Origin: a virus
Lineage: Duplodnaviria > Caudoviricetes
Virus record (IMG/VR): IMGVR_UViG_3300025687_000235
Location: 1-28,410 of that record
Length of the DNA stretch: 28,410 nt
Reading direction: 5' to 3' (one strand)
Made by a program: the position numbers and the translations under genes. Positions within the stretch are counted from its first letter, which is position 1; each line of letters starts with the position of its first letter. Below the pieces are notes generated by a model, which was given only the letters and a program-made list of their open reading frames with translations, ran no database searches and was not told where the DNA came from. Of the stretch, positions 1-7,957 are shown piece after piece.

Positions 1-2
1 TC

Positions 3-317
3 GATCCAGTAACTGTGGATAAACTGGAGCGTCAGACAAAGACATTATTTGATTCTGCCATGGCACTCTATGGTCAAATGCTTGATCTTGGCGTGGCAAA
101 GGAATGTGCTCGTATGGTGCTTCCTCTGGCAACGCCTACCAAAATCTACATGACAGGATCATGTCGTTCATGGATTACATATATTGCTCTTCGTGAAAAA
201 AATGGAACACAAAAAGAGCACATGAAACTTGCTAAAGATTGTAAAAGAATTTTTGTAGAGCATTTCCCAACTTGTGCCGAAGCACTTGGAGGTTTAGATG
301 TAGATTGGGTATTGTAA
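3..317 (+). CDS. thyX: FAD-dependent thymidylate synthase ThyX, C-terminal part (5' end outside window)
   Basis: Frame is open from base 3. It contains AKECARMVLPLATPTKIYMTGSCRSWI..LR...TQKEH, the typical ThyX C-terminal motif, and sits upstream of phoH as in cyanomyophages. Confidence 0.92.
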   Translation, partial: DPVTVDKLERQTKTLFDSAMALYGQMLDLGVAKECARMVLPLATPTKIYMTGSCRSWITYIALREKNGTQKEHMKLAKDCKRIFVEHFPTCAEALGGLDVDWVL

Positions 318-328
318 TGTAGTGAATG

Positions 329-336
329 TATAAATA
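329..336 (+). promoter_or_regulatory. T4-type late promoter TATAAATA
   Basis: Exact T4 late consensus in the intergenic gap, 21 nt before ATG 358. Confidence 0.8.
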
Positions 337-357
337 GATATAGTGTATGTTATATCT

Positions 358-924
358 ATGAAAGCAATAACACTTAATGAGGGACAAAAATTTAATAGGT
401 GGGAAGTTATAAGTTCTTCCCCCACAATTCAATATTTTGGAACAAGTAATCGTCCTGTTAGATGTTTTCTATGTAAATGTGAATGTGGAGTAGAAAAATT
501 AGTTAGAGGTGATTATCTAACAAGAGGAACAAGTAAAAGTTGTGGTTGTCTTAGATCTGATAGAGCTAAGGAAACTGGAAGAAAACAAAAAACAATAGAA
601 TCTTACCACAATAAAATTTATGGTGATTGTAAAAGATCTGCTAAACACAGAGGAAAGGAGTGGTCTTTAACAAAAAAAGAACATTTTGACATTATTACAA
701 AATCCTGTTATTATTGTGGAGAACCTCCAATTTTAAGAGAAAGTAATGTTGGTATTCCATTCTCACATTGGGGGATAGACAGACAAGATAACAGTGTTGG
801 GTATACTTCTAACAATTCGGTATCTTGTTGCCACATATGTAATACTATGAAAATGGATTTATCTCTAAATAAATTTTCTGAACACATAAAAAAACTCTCT
901 AAAAGATCTTTAGAGTGGGTCTAA
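358..924 (+). CDS. Free-standing HNH-like (His-Me finger) putative homing endonuclease
   Basis: N-terminal RWEV..CKCECG..SKSCGC module and C-terminal CYYCG..GIDRQDNSVGYTSNNSVSCCHICNTMK. ATG 358 is preferred over GTG 343 because of late-promoter spacing. Confidence 0.78.
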   Translation: MKAITLNEGQKFNRWEVISSSPTIQYFGTSNRPVRCFLCKCECGVEKLVRGDYLTRGTSKSCGCLRSDRAKETGRKQKTIESYHNKIYGDCKRSAKHRGKEWSLTKKEHFDIITKSCYYCGEPPILRESNVGIPFSHWGIDRQDNSVGYTSNNSVSCCHICNTMKMDLSLNKFSEHIKKLSKRSLEWV

Positions 925-927
925 ATA
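921..927 (+). promoter_or_regulatory. Late promoter-like CTAAATA
   Basis: TAAATA core 22 nt before ATG 950, a similar spacing to other late promoters in the window. Confidence 0.55.
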
Positions 928-949
928 TTTTTGTATTGAATTCTTAACA

Positions 950-1201
950 ATGCCCACATATCCTATAGTAAATAAAAAAACTGGTGAACAAAAAGAAGTG
1001 ACTATGAGTTACACTGTTTGGGATCAATGGAAAGAAGATAACCCGGATTGGACACGAGATTGGTCTGATCCATCTACTGCACCAATGGCAACTGAAGTTG
1101 GTGATTGGAGAAATAAACTTAAAACGAAGTATCCTGGGTGGAATGATGTTCTTCATAAAGCATCTAAAATGCCAGGCGCAAATGTAAAAAAATTAGGTTA
1201 A
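950..1201 (+). CDS. Conserved small cyanophage hypothetical protein
   Basis: 83-aa ORF (MPTYPIVNKKTGEQKEV...) directly abutting phoH; resembles the small gene usually found here in cyanomyophages. Confidence 0.75.
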   Translation: MPTYPIVNKKTGEQKEVTMSYTVWDQWKEDNPDWTRDWSDPSTAPMATEVGDWRNKLKTKYPGWNDVLHKASKMPGANVKKLG

Positions 1202-1202
1202 C

Positions 1203-1961
1203 ATGACAAGAAGAAAAAGAGCGTCTGCAGAGCAACCAATTGGGGTTGGACTCACCACAAAGCAGATGAAGAGGAAGAAACCTCTTAGCCAAGAATATCT
1301 AGTTGATATTGGACCACTTACAGAAAATCAAAAAGTTTTATTTGAGTCTTACAAGAAAGGAAAACATTTAGTTGCTTATGGTTGCGCGGGCACAGGTAAA
1401 ACTTTCATCACACTTTACAATGCACTGATGGATGTTCTTTCAGAGAATACTCCATATGAAAAAATTTATCTTGTAAGATCTCTTGTTGCTACCAGAGAAA
1501 TTGGGTTTCTCCCTGGCGACCATGAAGATAAGGCAGATATTTACCAAATTCCTTATAAGAATATGGTAAAGTATATGTTTCAAATGCCATCCGATGCTGA
1601 CTTCGAGATGCTGTATGGCAATCTTAAATCTCAAGAAACTATTAAATTCTGGAGTACATCATTCCTTCGTGGCACCACACTTGATAATGCTATTGTAATT
1701 GTTGATGAGTTTCAGAATCTTAATTTTCATGAATTAGATTCTATTATTACTCGTGTCGGCGAAAATACTAAAATTTGTTTTTGTGGAGATGCAAGACAGT
1801 CTGATTTGACAAAGACCAATGATAAAAACGGTATTATTGACTTTATGAATATCTTGCGTAAAATGACATCATTTGATATAATTGAATTTGGAATCGAAGA
1901 TATTGTTCGTTCCGGTCTTGTCAAAGAATATCTTACAGCAAAAATTGATGCAGGTTTTTAA
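1203..1961 (+). CDS. phoH: PhoH-family ATPase
   Basis: Walker A GCAGTGKT plus IGFLPG, FLRGTT, IVDEFQN and GDARQSDL motifs. Confidence 0.96.
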   Translation: MTRRKRASAEQPIGVGLTTKQMKRKKPLSQEYLVDIGPLTENQKVLFESYKKGKHLVAYGCAGTGKTFITLYNALMDVLSENTPYEKIYLVRSLVATREIGFLPGDHEDKADIYQIPYKNMVKYMFQMPSDADFEMLYGNLKSQETIKFWSTSFLRGTTLDNAIVIVDEFQNLNFHELDSIITRVGENTKICFCGDARQSDLTKTNDKNGIIDFMNILRKMTSFDIIEFGIEDIVRSGLVKEYLTAKIDAGF

Positions 1962-2686
1962 TGTTTAATCATATTGATTTGAATCTTCCATCTCTCGACA
2001 GAGAAACTATTGATGGAGTTCGTTATTATAAAGTACCAAATCAAGAAGATCTTATTCGACTGGTCTCCATTACTTCGGTGACCAGTCATTTTAATAAGGA
2101 AATCTTTGTAAAGTGGCGCAAAAAAGTTGGTGAAGAAGAGGCAAATCGGATTACCAAGGCTGCTACAAGTCGTGGTACTGATATGCACACTCTTGTTGAG
2201 CATCATCTTAAAAATGAGGATTTACCAAAAGTTCAACCGATTTCAGATTTTCTTTTTAAAATCTCCAAATCAACACTTAACAATATAAATAATATTCATG
2301 CTTTAGAAAGTTCCCTATATAGTAAGGAACTTGGTATTGCTGGGACTGTTGATTGTATTGCCGAATATAACGGTGAGTTAGCGATAATCGACTTTAAGAC
2401 ATCTGCGAAACCAAAACCAGAAGACTGGATCGAACACTATTTCGTTCAATGTATGGCATATGGTTGTATGCTTTACGAAATGACCGGTATTATGGTCAAA
2501 AAACTTGTGATCATCATGGCATGTGAAAATGGAGAATGCGTCGTTTATGAACAAAGAGACAAAGCAAAGTACATCAAACTTCTCGACAAATATATTAGAA
2601 AGTTTGTTGGAGATAAACTGGAACAATATGGAACCAAACAAGGAACTGGAACAAGCGATAGAGAAGAAGTTTCTAACGCCGTCTAG
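1961..2686 (+). CDS. PD-(D/E)XK (Cas4/RecB-like) exonuclease
   Basis: RGTDMH, AGTVDCIAE..IIDFKTS and YFVQCMAY motifs; conserved position between phoH and gp33. Confidence 0.88.
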   Translation: MFNHIDLNLPSLDRETIDGVRYYKVPNQEDLIRLVSITSVTSHFNKEIFVKWRKKVGEEEANRITKAATSRGTDMHTLVEHHLKNEDLPKVQPISDFLFKISKSTLNNINNIHALESSLYSKELGIAGTVDCIAEYNGELAIIDFKTSAKPKPEDWIEHYFVQCMAYGCMLYEMTGIMVKKLVIIMACENGECVVYEQRDKAKYIKLLDKYIRKFVGDKLEQYGTKQGTGTSDREEVSNAV

Positions 2687-2888
2687 GTTTGCCCTAGAGA
2701 TTGAAAAAATCGTTGCCGAAGAAAAACTCAATTATATTGATGCTATTTGTCACTATTGCGAAATCAATCAGATTGAGGTAGAATCGGTTACTAAGTTAGT
2801 ATCAAAACCACTCAAAGAAAAATTGAAGTGGGATGCGACTCAACTTAATTTTATGAAAAAAACTTCAAGGGCAAAACTTCCTCTATGA
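2628..2888 (+). CDS. gp33: Late transcription coactivator gp33
   Basis: FALEIEKIV...NYIDAICHYCE...KPLKEKLK..A.QLNF. Start placed at ATG 2628, in frame with the listed 2523 ORF. Confidence 0.88.
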   Translation: MEPNKELEQAIEKKFLTPSRFALEIEKIVAEEKLNYIDAICHYCEINQIEVESVTKLVSKPLKEKLKWDATQLNFMKKTSRAKLPL

Positions 2889-3478
2889 TCGTGACACCAT
2901 TTGAAACTTATCAACATTATTTGTCACTCAAAAATCATTTTACAAATCCAAAATACGATTTCTTTAAATACGGAGCAAAAACTAGGGCAAGTGTGGCGTC
3001 ATTTAACAAACGACGCGACAAATACTGGTTTGAGAAGACTTCTCGTAAGTATTCTGATAAAGAAATCGTAGATTTTTTAGTATCTAATTTTGTTGCATCT
3101 ACTAACCCAGAAAACTTATGGATTGGAGAAATTATCAATTCTGGCGAAAGAAACTACGCCGAGTGGATGAAACGACAGCAGAGTTTGAGTTACTTGTACA
3201 AAGAACAAATGCAAGAATTCTTCTCGGAAAACAAATTAGAGGATGCCTTCAATTGTTCCAAAGGACATCCACTAATACTCAAAAAGTTCCTTGGTGGAGA
3301 AATATCCATTGAGACCTTATTAATCTGTGAGAAGATATTTTGTTTTAGAGAAAGGTTTAATAAAAAACTTCTGGACCCTGTGTGGGAGTGTGTTTCCTTA
3401 AAGATTAAAAAATATTCACCGTTTCTTCAAGTAGATATTTTTAAATATAAAAAAATACTCAAAGAAATAATTTTATAA
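2885..3478 (+). CDS. gp59: Helicase loader gp59
   Basis: YLSLKNHFT..YDFFKY..SFNKRRDKYWFEK and GHPLILKKFLGGEISIETL; follows gp33. Confidence 0.9.
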   Translation: MIVTPFETYQHYLSLKNHFTNPKYDFFKYGAKTRASVASFNKRRDKYWFEKTSRKYSDKEIVDFLVSNFVASTNPENLWIGEIINSGERNYAEWMKRQQSLSYLYKEQMQEFFSENKLEDAFNCSKGHPLILKKFLGGEISIETLLICEKIFCFRERFNKKLLDPVWECVSLKIKKYSPFLQVDIFKYKKILKEIIL

Positions 3479-3480
3479 TT

Positions 3481-3557
3481 GGCGGGCAGCAAAGTCGGGT
3501 AGGGGTATTTGACTTGCGTAAGTCCCGCCTTTACAATATAAATAATATTACCCCTAC
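3481..3557 (+). other. GC-rich structured element (long imperfect hairpin with alternative or pseudoknot pairing)
   Basis: GGCGGG 3481-3486 pairs with CCCGCC 3524-3529; GCAAAGTC pairs with GACTTGC; GTAGGGGTA 3499-3507 pairs with TACCCCTAC 3549-3557. Confidence 0.6.
3537..3544 (+). promoter_or_regulatory. T4-type late promoter TATAAATA
   Basis: Exact consensus 22 nt before ATG 3567. Confidence 0.8.
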
Positions 3558-3566
3558 TAAAAGAAT

Positions 3567-3872
3567 ATGTTAAATGTATCAGGTATTAACAGTGCCCTTA
3601 ATATTGACGGACCTAATTTTATAGAAGACATATCAATTACAGATTCTGAAAAATTTCCATCTAGAGAAGTTCAAAAAGAACAATCTCGTCAAAAATGGAG
3701 AGAAAAAAATCCAGATTATGAAAAGAAAAGATGGGCAAAAGGATTAACCGAAGAACAAATTTTAGCTAGACGAGATAGAGAAAAGAAGCGGTATTGGGAA
3801 AATAAAAAAGATAGGGAAACCCGTAAAAAACGGGCAAGAGAAAGAAAACAAAGGTTAAAGAACAATTCATAA
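3567..3872 (+). CDS. Highly basic hypothetical protein, possibly a nucleic-acid-binding homing-endonuclease remnant
   Basis: 101-aa ORF with its own late promoter; Arg/Lys/Glu-rich helical C-terminal half; no nuclease motif seen. Confidence 0.6.
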   Translation: MLNVSGINSALNIDGPNFIEDISITDSEKFPSREVQKEQSRQKWREKNPDYEKKRWAKGLTEEQILARRDREKKRYWENKKDRETRKKRARERKQRLKNNS

Positions 3873-3875
3873 ATA
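3869..3875 (+). promoter_or_regulatory. Late promoter-like ATAAATA
   Basis: TAAATA core overlapping the stop of the 3567 ORF, upstream of 3918. Confidence 0.4.
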
Positions 3876-3917
3876 TTGATATGTTCCGTTATAAAAAGAT
3901 TTTGAGGCAGATTGTAG

Positions 3918-4250
3918 ATGAGTGATTTTTTCGAGTCAGAAATCGTCATGGAAGAACTCCGTGAGATTAATAAACTTCAAGAGGAAATCTATCTCAATAT
4001 TATGAAATTTCCTCATATGAGTAAAACTGAACAAGTGGAACATGTTGATAAACTATCTACATTATTAGAAAAACAAAAAGTTATGTATGCCCGTCTGTCA
4101 TTATCAGACGATCCAAAAGCAGTGGAGATGAAGAAAAATCTTCAAAAATCCATGACACTTATGGGATTTTCCCCAGACACTGACATGAACTATCTGTTTA
4201 ATACTTTTGGTGCGACTATTGATTCTCTCAGAGAAAGTCTTGACACCTGA
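3918..4250 (+). CDS. Conserved cyanophage protein (DUF1825-like)
   Basis: MSDFFESEIV..EL...LLEKQKVMYARLSLSDDP.A pattern; usual position between gp59 and gp32. Confidence 0.8.
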   Translation: MSDFFESEIVMEELREINKLQEEIYLNIMKFPHMSKTEQVEHVDKLSTLLEKQKVMYARLSLSDDPKAVEMKKNLQKSMTLMGFSPDTDMNYLFNTFGATIDSLRESLDT

Positions 4251-4268
4251 GGGCAACGCTGTTATACT
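4240..4268 (+). promoter_or_regulatory. Sigma70-type early promoter for gp32
   Basis: TTGACA 4240-4245, 17-nt spacer, TATACT 4263-4268. Confidence 0.85.
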
Positions 4269-4331
4269 ATCCAAGTCGATCCAACAAACCCGACAAACCC
4301 GACAAATCCAAAAAAATCCGAGGTAATCCAA
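4269..4331 (+). repeat. A/C-rich repeated gp32 leader
   Basis: ATCC occurs five times and ACAAACCCG twice in tandem; GAGG Shine-Dalgarno before ATG 4332. Confidence 0.7.
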
Positions 4332-5261
4332 ATGTCTTTTGCTGATCTTAAAAAGCAATCCAAACTGGGATCTTTGACCGCCAAACTGGTCAAAGAAGTC
4401 GAAAAAATGAGTAATGCAAACGCTTCAGGTGATGAGCGTCTGTGGAAACTCGAATGCGATAAGAGCGGTAATGGTTATGCCGTAATCCGTTTCCTTCCTG
4501 CTCCTAACGGCGAAGATCTGCCGTTTGTGAAACTCTATTCACACGCATTCCAAGGTCCTGGTGGTTGGTATATTGAGAACTCTCTCACCACCATGAATCA
4601 AAAAGATCCTGTGTCTGAATACAACACGATGCTGTGGAACAATGGCACCGATGCTGGCAAAGATCAGGCACGTAAGCAGAAGCGTAAACTCACCTACATT
4701 AGCAATATCTATGTGGTGAAAGATCCTGCCAACCCCGAGAACGAAGGTAAAGTCTTCCTGTATAAGTTCGGTAAGAAGATCTTTGACAAGATCACTGCCG
4801 CAATGCAACCTGAGTTTGAAGATGAAGAAGCAATCGATCCCTTTGACTTCTGGCAAGGTGCCAACTTCAAACTGAAGGCAAAGAACGTTGCTGGTTATCG
4901 TAACTATGACTCTTCAGAGTTTGCCCGCCAAGAAGCACTGCTTGATGATGACGATGCAATGGAAGCGATTTGGAAGAAAGAATATTCTCTTCAAGACTTT
5001 GTTGCTCCCGATCAATTCAAGTCTTATGATGACTTGAAGAAGCGTATGGATTATGTGCTCGGTAATAAGGGCACTCCTCGTTTCCAAGATCAAGAAACAA
5101 TCGAGGAAGAAGAAGAGTTTCGTCAGCAGAATCGTGGAGATGTAGCACCTTCTGTTCCCCAATCACTCAAAGATGAACTTGATAGTCTGAGTTCTTCTAA
5201 AATGACTGAAGATGAGGACGATGATGCAATGTCCTACTTTGCCCGTCTTGCCGAAGATTGA
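4332..5261 (+). CDS. gp32: Single-stranded DNA-binding protein gp32
   Basis: DKSGNGYAVIRFLP, GGWYIENSLTT, FGKKIFDKI and NYDSSEF motifs, with an acidic C-terminal tail. Confidence 0.97.
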   Translation: MSFADLKKQSKLGSLTAKLVKEVEKMSNANASGDERLWKLECDKSGNGYAVIRFLPAPNGEDLPFVKLYSHAFQGPGGWYIENSLTTMNQKDPVSEYNTMLWNNGTDAGKDQARKQKRKLTYISNIYVVKDPANPENEGKVFLYKFGKKIFDKITAAMQPEFEDEEAIDPFDFWQGANFKLKAKNVAGYRNYDSSEFARQEALLDDDDAMEAIWKKEYSLQDFVAPDQFKSYDDLKKRMDYVLGNKGTPRFQDQETIEEEEEFRQQNRGDVAPSVPQSLKDELDSLSSSKMTEDEDDDAMSYFARLAED

Positions 5262-5268
5262 TAGAGTT

Positions 5269-5293
5269 GGGGAGGGAAACCTCCCCCTTTTTT
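5269..5293 (+). terminator. Intrinsic terminator after gp32
   Basis: GGGGAGG-GAAA-CCTCCCC stem-loop followed by a T6 run, between convergent genes. Confidence 0.9.
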
Positions 5294-5945
5294 ATGCAGG
5301 TGGTATGGTATTTCTAGTATTCTCTGTTATAATTAATCTTTCATCAATGTATTGAGAAGAAGTTTGATAAGTCATGATTTGTCTCATGTCATTCAAGAAT
5401 TGTTGTAAGTATCTTGGTTTTAAAAGATATATATTAGATTTTTCTTGATTTTTTCTAACTTCGTATTCATAATTTGTAATTCCTCTGACTGGATTTAATT
5501 TTTGTGCAGTATAATCATCTGGATTAGGAATTTTAAAATCGCTATTAACTTCTTTTCCTTTTGGTAAAATTAATCGACCATTATTATCTTTTACTTCAGT
5601 TGTTTCATAGTGGTGAATTGCATTGATGTCATCATACTTATTATTAGCGTATTCATATAGATGATAATTTGATAGAGGCCATTCATCTCTTATGTTAACA
5701 ATACCTGCAGTCATTATAACAACCCAATCTAGTTCTGCACTTCCATATAATTCTTCGGCAATCGTGTCTGGTCTTGCACCTTCTACAATTTCATACTTAT
5801 TAAACAAAGTAAAAACATTTTGGAGGTCATCACGAAGTTTGTTTCTTCTAAAAAGATTTTTTACCGCAACGTATTGATCAGAAGTATTTCTATTTGTCAG
5901 TGGTGATTGATAAAGTAAATTTGGTAGTTCTCTGAAATATCCCAT
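5292..5945 (-). CDS. gp53: Baseplate wedge subunit gp53
   Basis: YFRELPN..KNLFRR, GARPDTIAEELYGS..LDWVV..EWPLS and IHHYETTE motifs. Confidence 0.9.
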   Translation of the reverse strand: MGYFRELPNLLYQSPLTNRNTSDQYVAVKNLFRRNKLRDDLQNVFTLFNKYEIVEGARPDTIAEELYGSAELDWVVIMTAGIVNIRDEWPLSNYHLYEYANNKYDDINAIHHYETTEVKDNNGRLILPKGKEVNSDFKIPNPDDYTAQKLNPVRGITNYEYEVRKNQEKSNIYLLKPRYLQQFLNDMRQIMTYQTSSQYIDERLIITENTRNTIPPA

Positions 5946-5946
5946 T

Positions 5947-7134
5947 TTAGTATCCTGTTCCGCCTACGTCATCGTGATCACTATAATATACTGGTGATAA
6001 CTCTTGAAATGCTAATTGCATCGTACTCGAAACTGGAGCACCATCAGCATAAGTAGCATAATTTCCTTCACCAGTATAATTAATGCTCATATTTGTGAGA
6101 GCACAAAGTTTAAACCTATTTAAATAATTACTTCCCTTACCAATATATGATAATTTAAAAATATTCGGAGTTTGCATAAACTTATCTCCTGGAGATGATA
6201 TTGGACTCATGTTTTGTTTAAAAACCCTCATGATATCTTTAACCATCACTGCTTCTTTTTGATATCTTGGAGTGAATTTAAATTCGAAATTAAATTGTCT
6301 TAAAGTTGGACCACTAAATAATAATTCCATATTTGGATTTATTATTGATCCAGTTGCTCTTGCAAATAATTGATCTGTGCTTACGTTTGCTCCTAGACTA
6401 GAAACTGCCTGTGAAGCAAAAAATAACCGCAACGCAGCTTGTACTTTTCGATCTTGCGCTATTTTTGCAGCATCAATTGTACTTGATGCTAATGATGTTG
6501 CTAATTCTTCTGGACTACCAGAAGATATTCCCTTTAGAGCAGTGCCAATAGCAGCAGCATAAAAATTGTTTAAATTACTTTCGCCAAAATTTGTTGCATT
6601 AGTATCAGATACTTGTCCAGGAATTGGTAATATTATTGATCCCAACCGATTTTCTGCAGTAGGATTACGAGCACCTCCAACAAATGGGTTATCAAAAGCA
6701 TTCTGGTTTCTTACATTAATTATTGTAGTTCCCTTTTCAATATAATCGGTTCCATCTTTATTCTTTTCAAATACCTTTACTTGCTCTCCTGATGTATAAC
6801 TAATACCTTCTGATTTTTTTCTTTCATACTTAATAATATCAAATTTTATATGATCTTGATCAAGATTAATACTTGCTATGGGATATCTTAAATTTGATTC
6901 TAATTTTTTTATATTACGTCCAGCACCCAATTTTTCTATTTTGGGATCTTTATTGTAATCAGCATGGTCTTCTGTTATTCCCTCTCTACGACCATCAGGA
7001 CCATAAACATTTCCAAGCACTTCATAGTATTGGGGGTTGCCAGCATTATTAGGAGTATTATTAGGAGTATTATTAGGAGTAGGTCTGGGTCTTCCTCCAC
7101 TATATCTTGTTCTACTTGCTCCTGTGTATGTCAT
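5947..7134 (-). CDS. gp48: Baseplate tail-tube cap gp48
   Basis: INPNMELLFSGPTLRQFNFEFKFTPR and CALTNMSINYT..L.FQEL motifs; adjacent to gp53. Confidence 0.85.
   Translation of the reverse strand: MTYTGASRTRYSGGRPRPTPNNTPNNTPNNAGNPQYYEVLGNVYGPDGRREGITEDHADYNKDPKIEKLGAGRNIKKLESNLRYPIASINLDQDHIKFDIIKYERKKSEGISYTSGEQVKVFEKNKDGTDYIEKGTTIINVRNQNAFDNPFVGGARNPTAENRLGSIILPIPGQVSDTNATNFGESNLNNFYAAAIGTALKGISSGSPEELATSLASSTIDAAKIAQDRKVQAALRLFFASQAVSSLGANVSTDQLFARATGSIINPNMELLFSGPTLRQFNFEFKFTPRYQKEAVMVKDIMRVFKQNMSPISSPGDKFMQTPNIFKLSYIGKGSNYLNRFKLCALTNMSINYTGEGNYATYADGAPVSSTMQLAFQELSPVYYSDHDDVGGTGY
7045..7080 (-). repeat. Perfect 12-bp tandem repeat x3 encoding (TPNN)3
   Basis: ATTATTAGGAGT at 7045, 7057 and 7069 on the + strand. 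Confidence 0.95.
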
Positions 7135-7145
7135 TATCGTTTTTT

Positions 7146-7520
7146 CTAACTATTTAGAATGAATTTTTGAATTGGAAGCTCTCTTGCATCTGCAAGCTCA
7201 TCTGGATATATTTGGTATAATGATCCAACAACTTCTTCCCAAGAATATTGACGATATTGTCTCCAGTGATAATTGATTCCACGAAATCCCCAACGAAATA
7301 TATCAGTAACTGCCACCAAAGGATTTTGATCGTATTGTATTAGAGGAGTTTTCGGTCTATAAACAAATACATAATACTTTCCAACATCTGGAACAAGCGT
7401 AGAGTCACTACTAAGAGCATTCATTAATTCCATCATGATATCATCGGCATCTTCTGTGCCAATTAGATTATCAACCACTCCACGAATGCGATTGCTATTA
7501 ATGTCTGTTGGATATCTCAT
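7146..7520 (-). CDS. gp2: DNA end protector gp2-like protein (short form)
   Basis: GKYYVFVYRPKT..YDQNPLV..GFRGINYHW resembles the gp2 core; lies between gp4 and gp48. Confidence 0.65.
   Translation of the reverse strand: MRYPTDINSNRIRGVVDNLIGTEDADDIMMELMNALSSDSTLVPDVGKYYVFVYRPKTPLIQYDQNPLVAVTDIFRWGFRGINYHWRQYRQYSWEEVVGSLYQIYPDELADARELPIQKFILNS
7151..7157 (-). promoter_or_regulatory. Late promoter-like CTAAATA for gp48
   Basis: TATTTAG on the + strand, 16 nt upstream of the gp48 start on the minus strand. Confidence 0.55.
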
Positions 7521-7957
7521 TTATGAATTCCCAATTCGTCTTCGGTGATTACTTTAAATTCCCATTGACGATCTTCACAGAAATCTTTTGCTGCTCTCCA
7601 CTTTGCCTGATTTCTTACATACTCTTTGACTTCGTAAATATATCCTTTAGTCTTTCTTTTTGGTCTTATTGGTTCAACACACTGCTTTTTGGGTTTTACC
7701 TCAATTAGCATTTTTTTAATTGCACCATTAGATTCTTTTACTTTGATGTAGAAGTCAGGATAGTAACGATGAATTCTATTATCCAATGGTGAACGATAAG
7801 GGAGTGCAATTTCTTCACTTGCCCATTCTAAAATATTTTCATTCTTATCACAATAAACCATAAACTTTCGCTCCCATAGAGAACGATATACTATATTTGA
7901 TGGATTACCTTTATATTTTTTAGGAAAGGATGGTTGGTATTTTCCTTTATATGCCAT
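7517..7957 (-). CDS. gp4: Head completion protein gp4 (TnsA-like nuclease fold)
   Basis: KYKGNPSNIVYRSLWE, HRYYPDF, IEVKPKKQ and NQAKW.AA motifs. Confidence 0.93.
   Translation of the reverse strand: MAYKGKYQPSFPKKYKGNPSNIVYRSLWERKFMVYCDKNENILEWASEEIALPYRSPLDNRIHRYYPDFYIKVKESNGAIKKMLIEVKPKKQCVEPIRPKRKTKGYIYEVKEYVRNQAKWRAAKDFCEDRQWEFKVITEDELGIHK

Noticed and set aside
318-949. Group I intron in thyX carrying the HNH gene
   Set aside because: thyX appears to end normally at 317, and the flanking gaps are too short for an intron core.
2523-2627. Longer 121-aa start for gp33 in the ORF track
   Set aside because: The extension lies wholly within the exonuclease gene; gp33-like sequence begins near ATG 2628.
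1961-2686. Cas4-like nuclease as evidence of a CRISPR system
   Set aside because: It is the standard cyanomyophage core exonuclease between phoH and gp33; there is no array or other cas gene.
3481-3557. HDV-like/theta ribozyme assignment for the nested pairings
   Set aside because: The helix order is loosely similar, but I could not find the conserved L3, P1.1 or catalytic-C junction on either strand. It is kept only as an unassigned structure.
7517-7957. TnsA-like nuclease as a transposon gene
   Set aside because: Motifs and synteny match head completion protein gp4; no transposon ends or partner genes are present.
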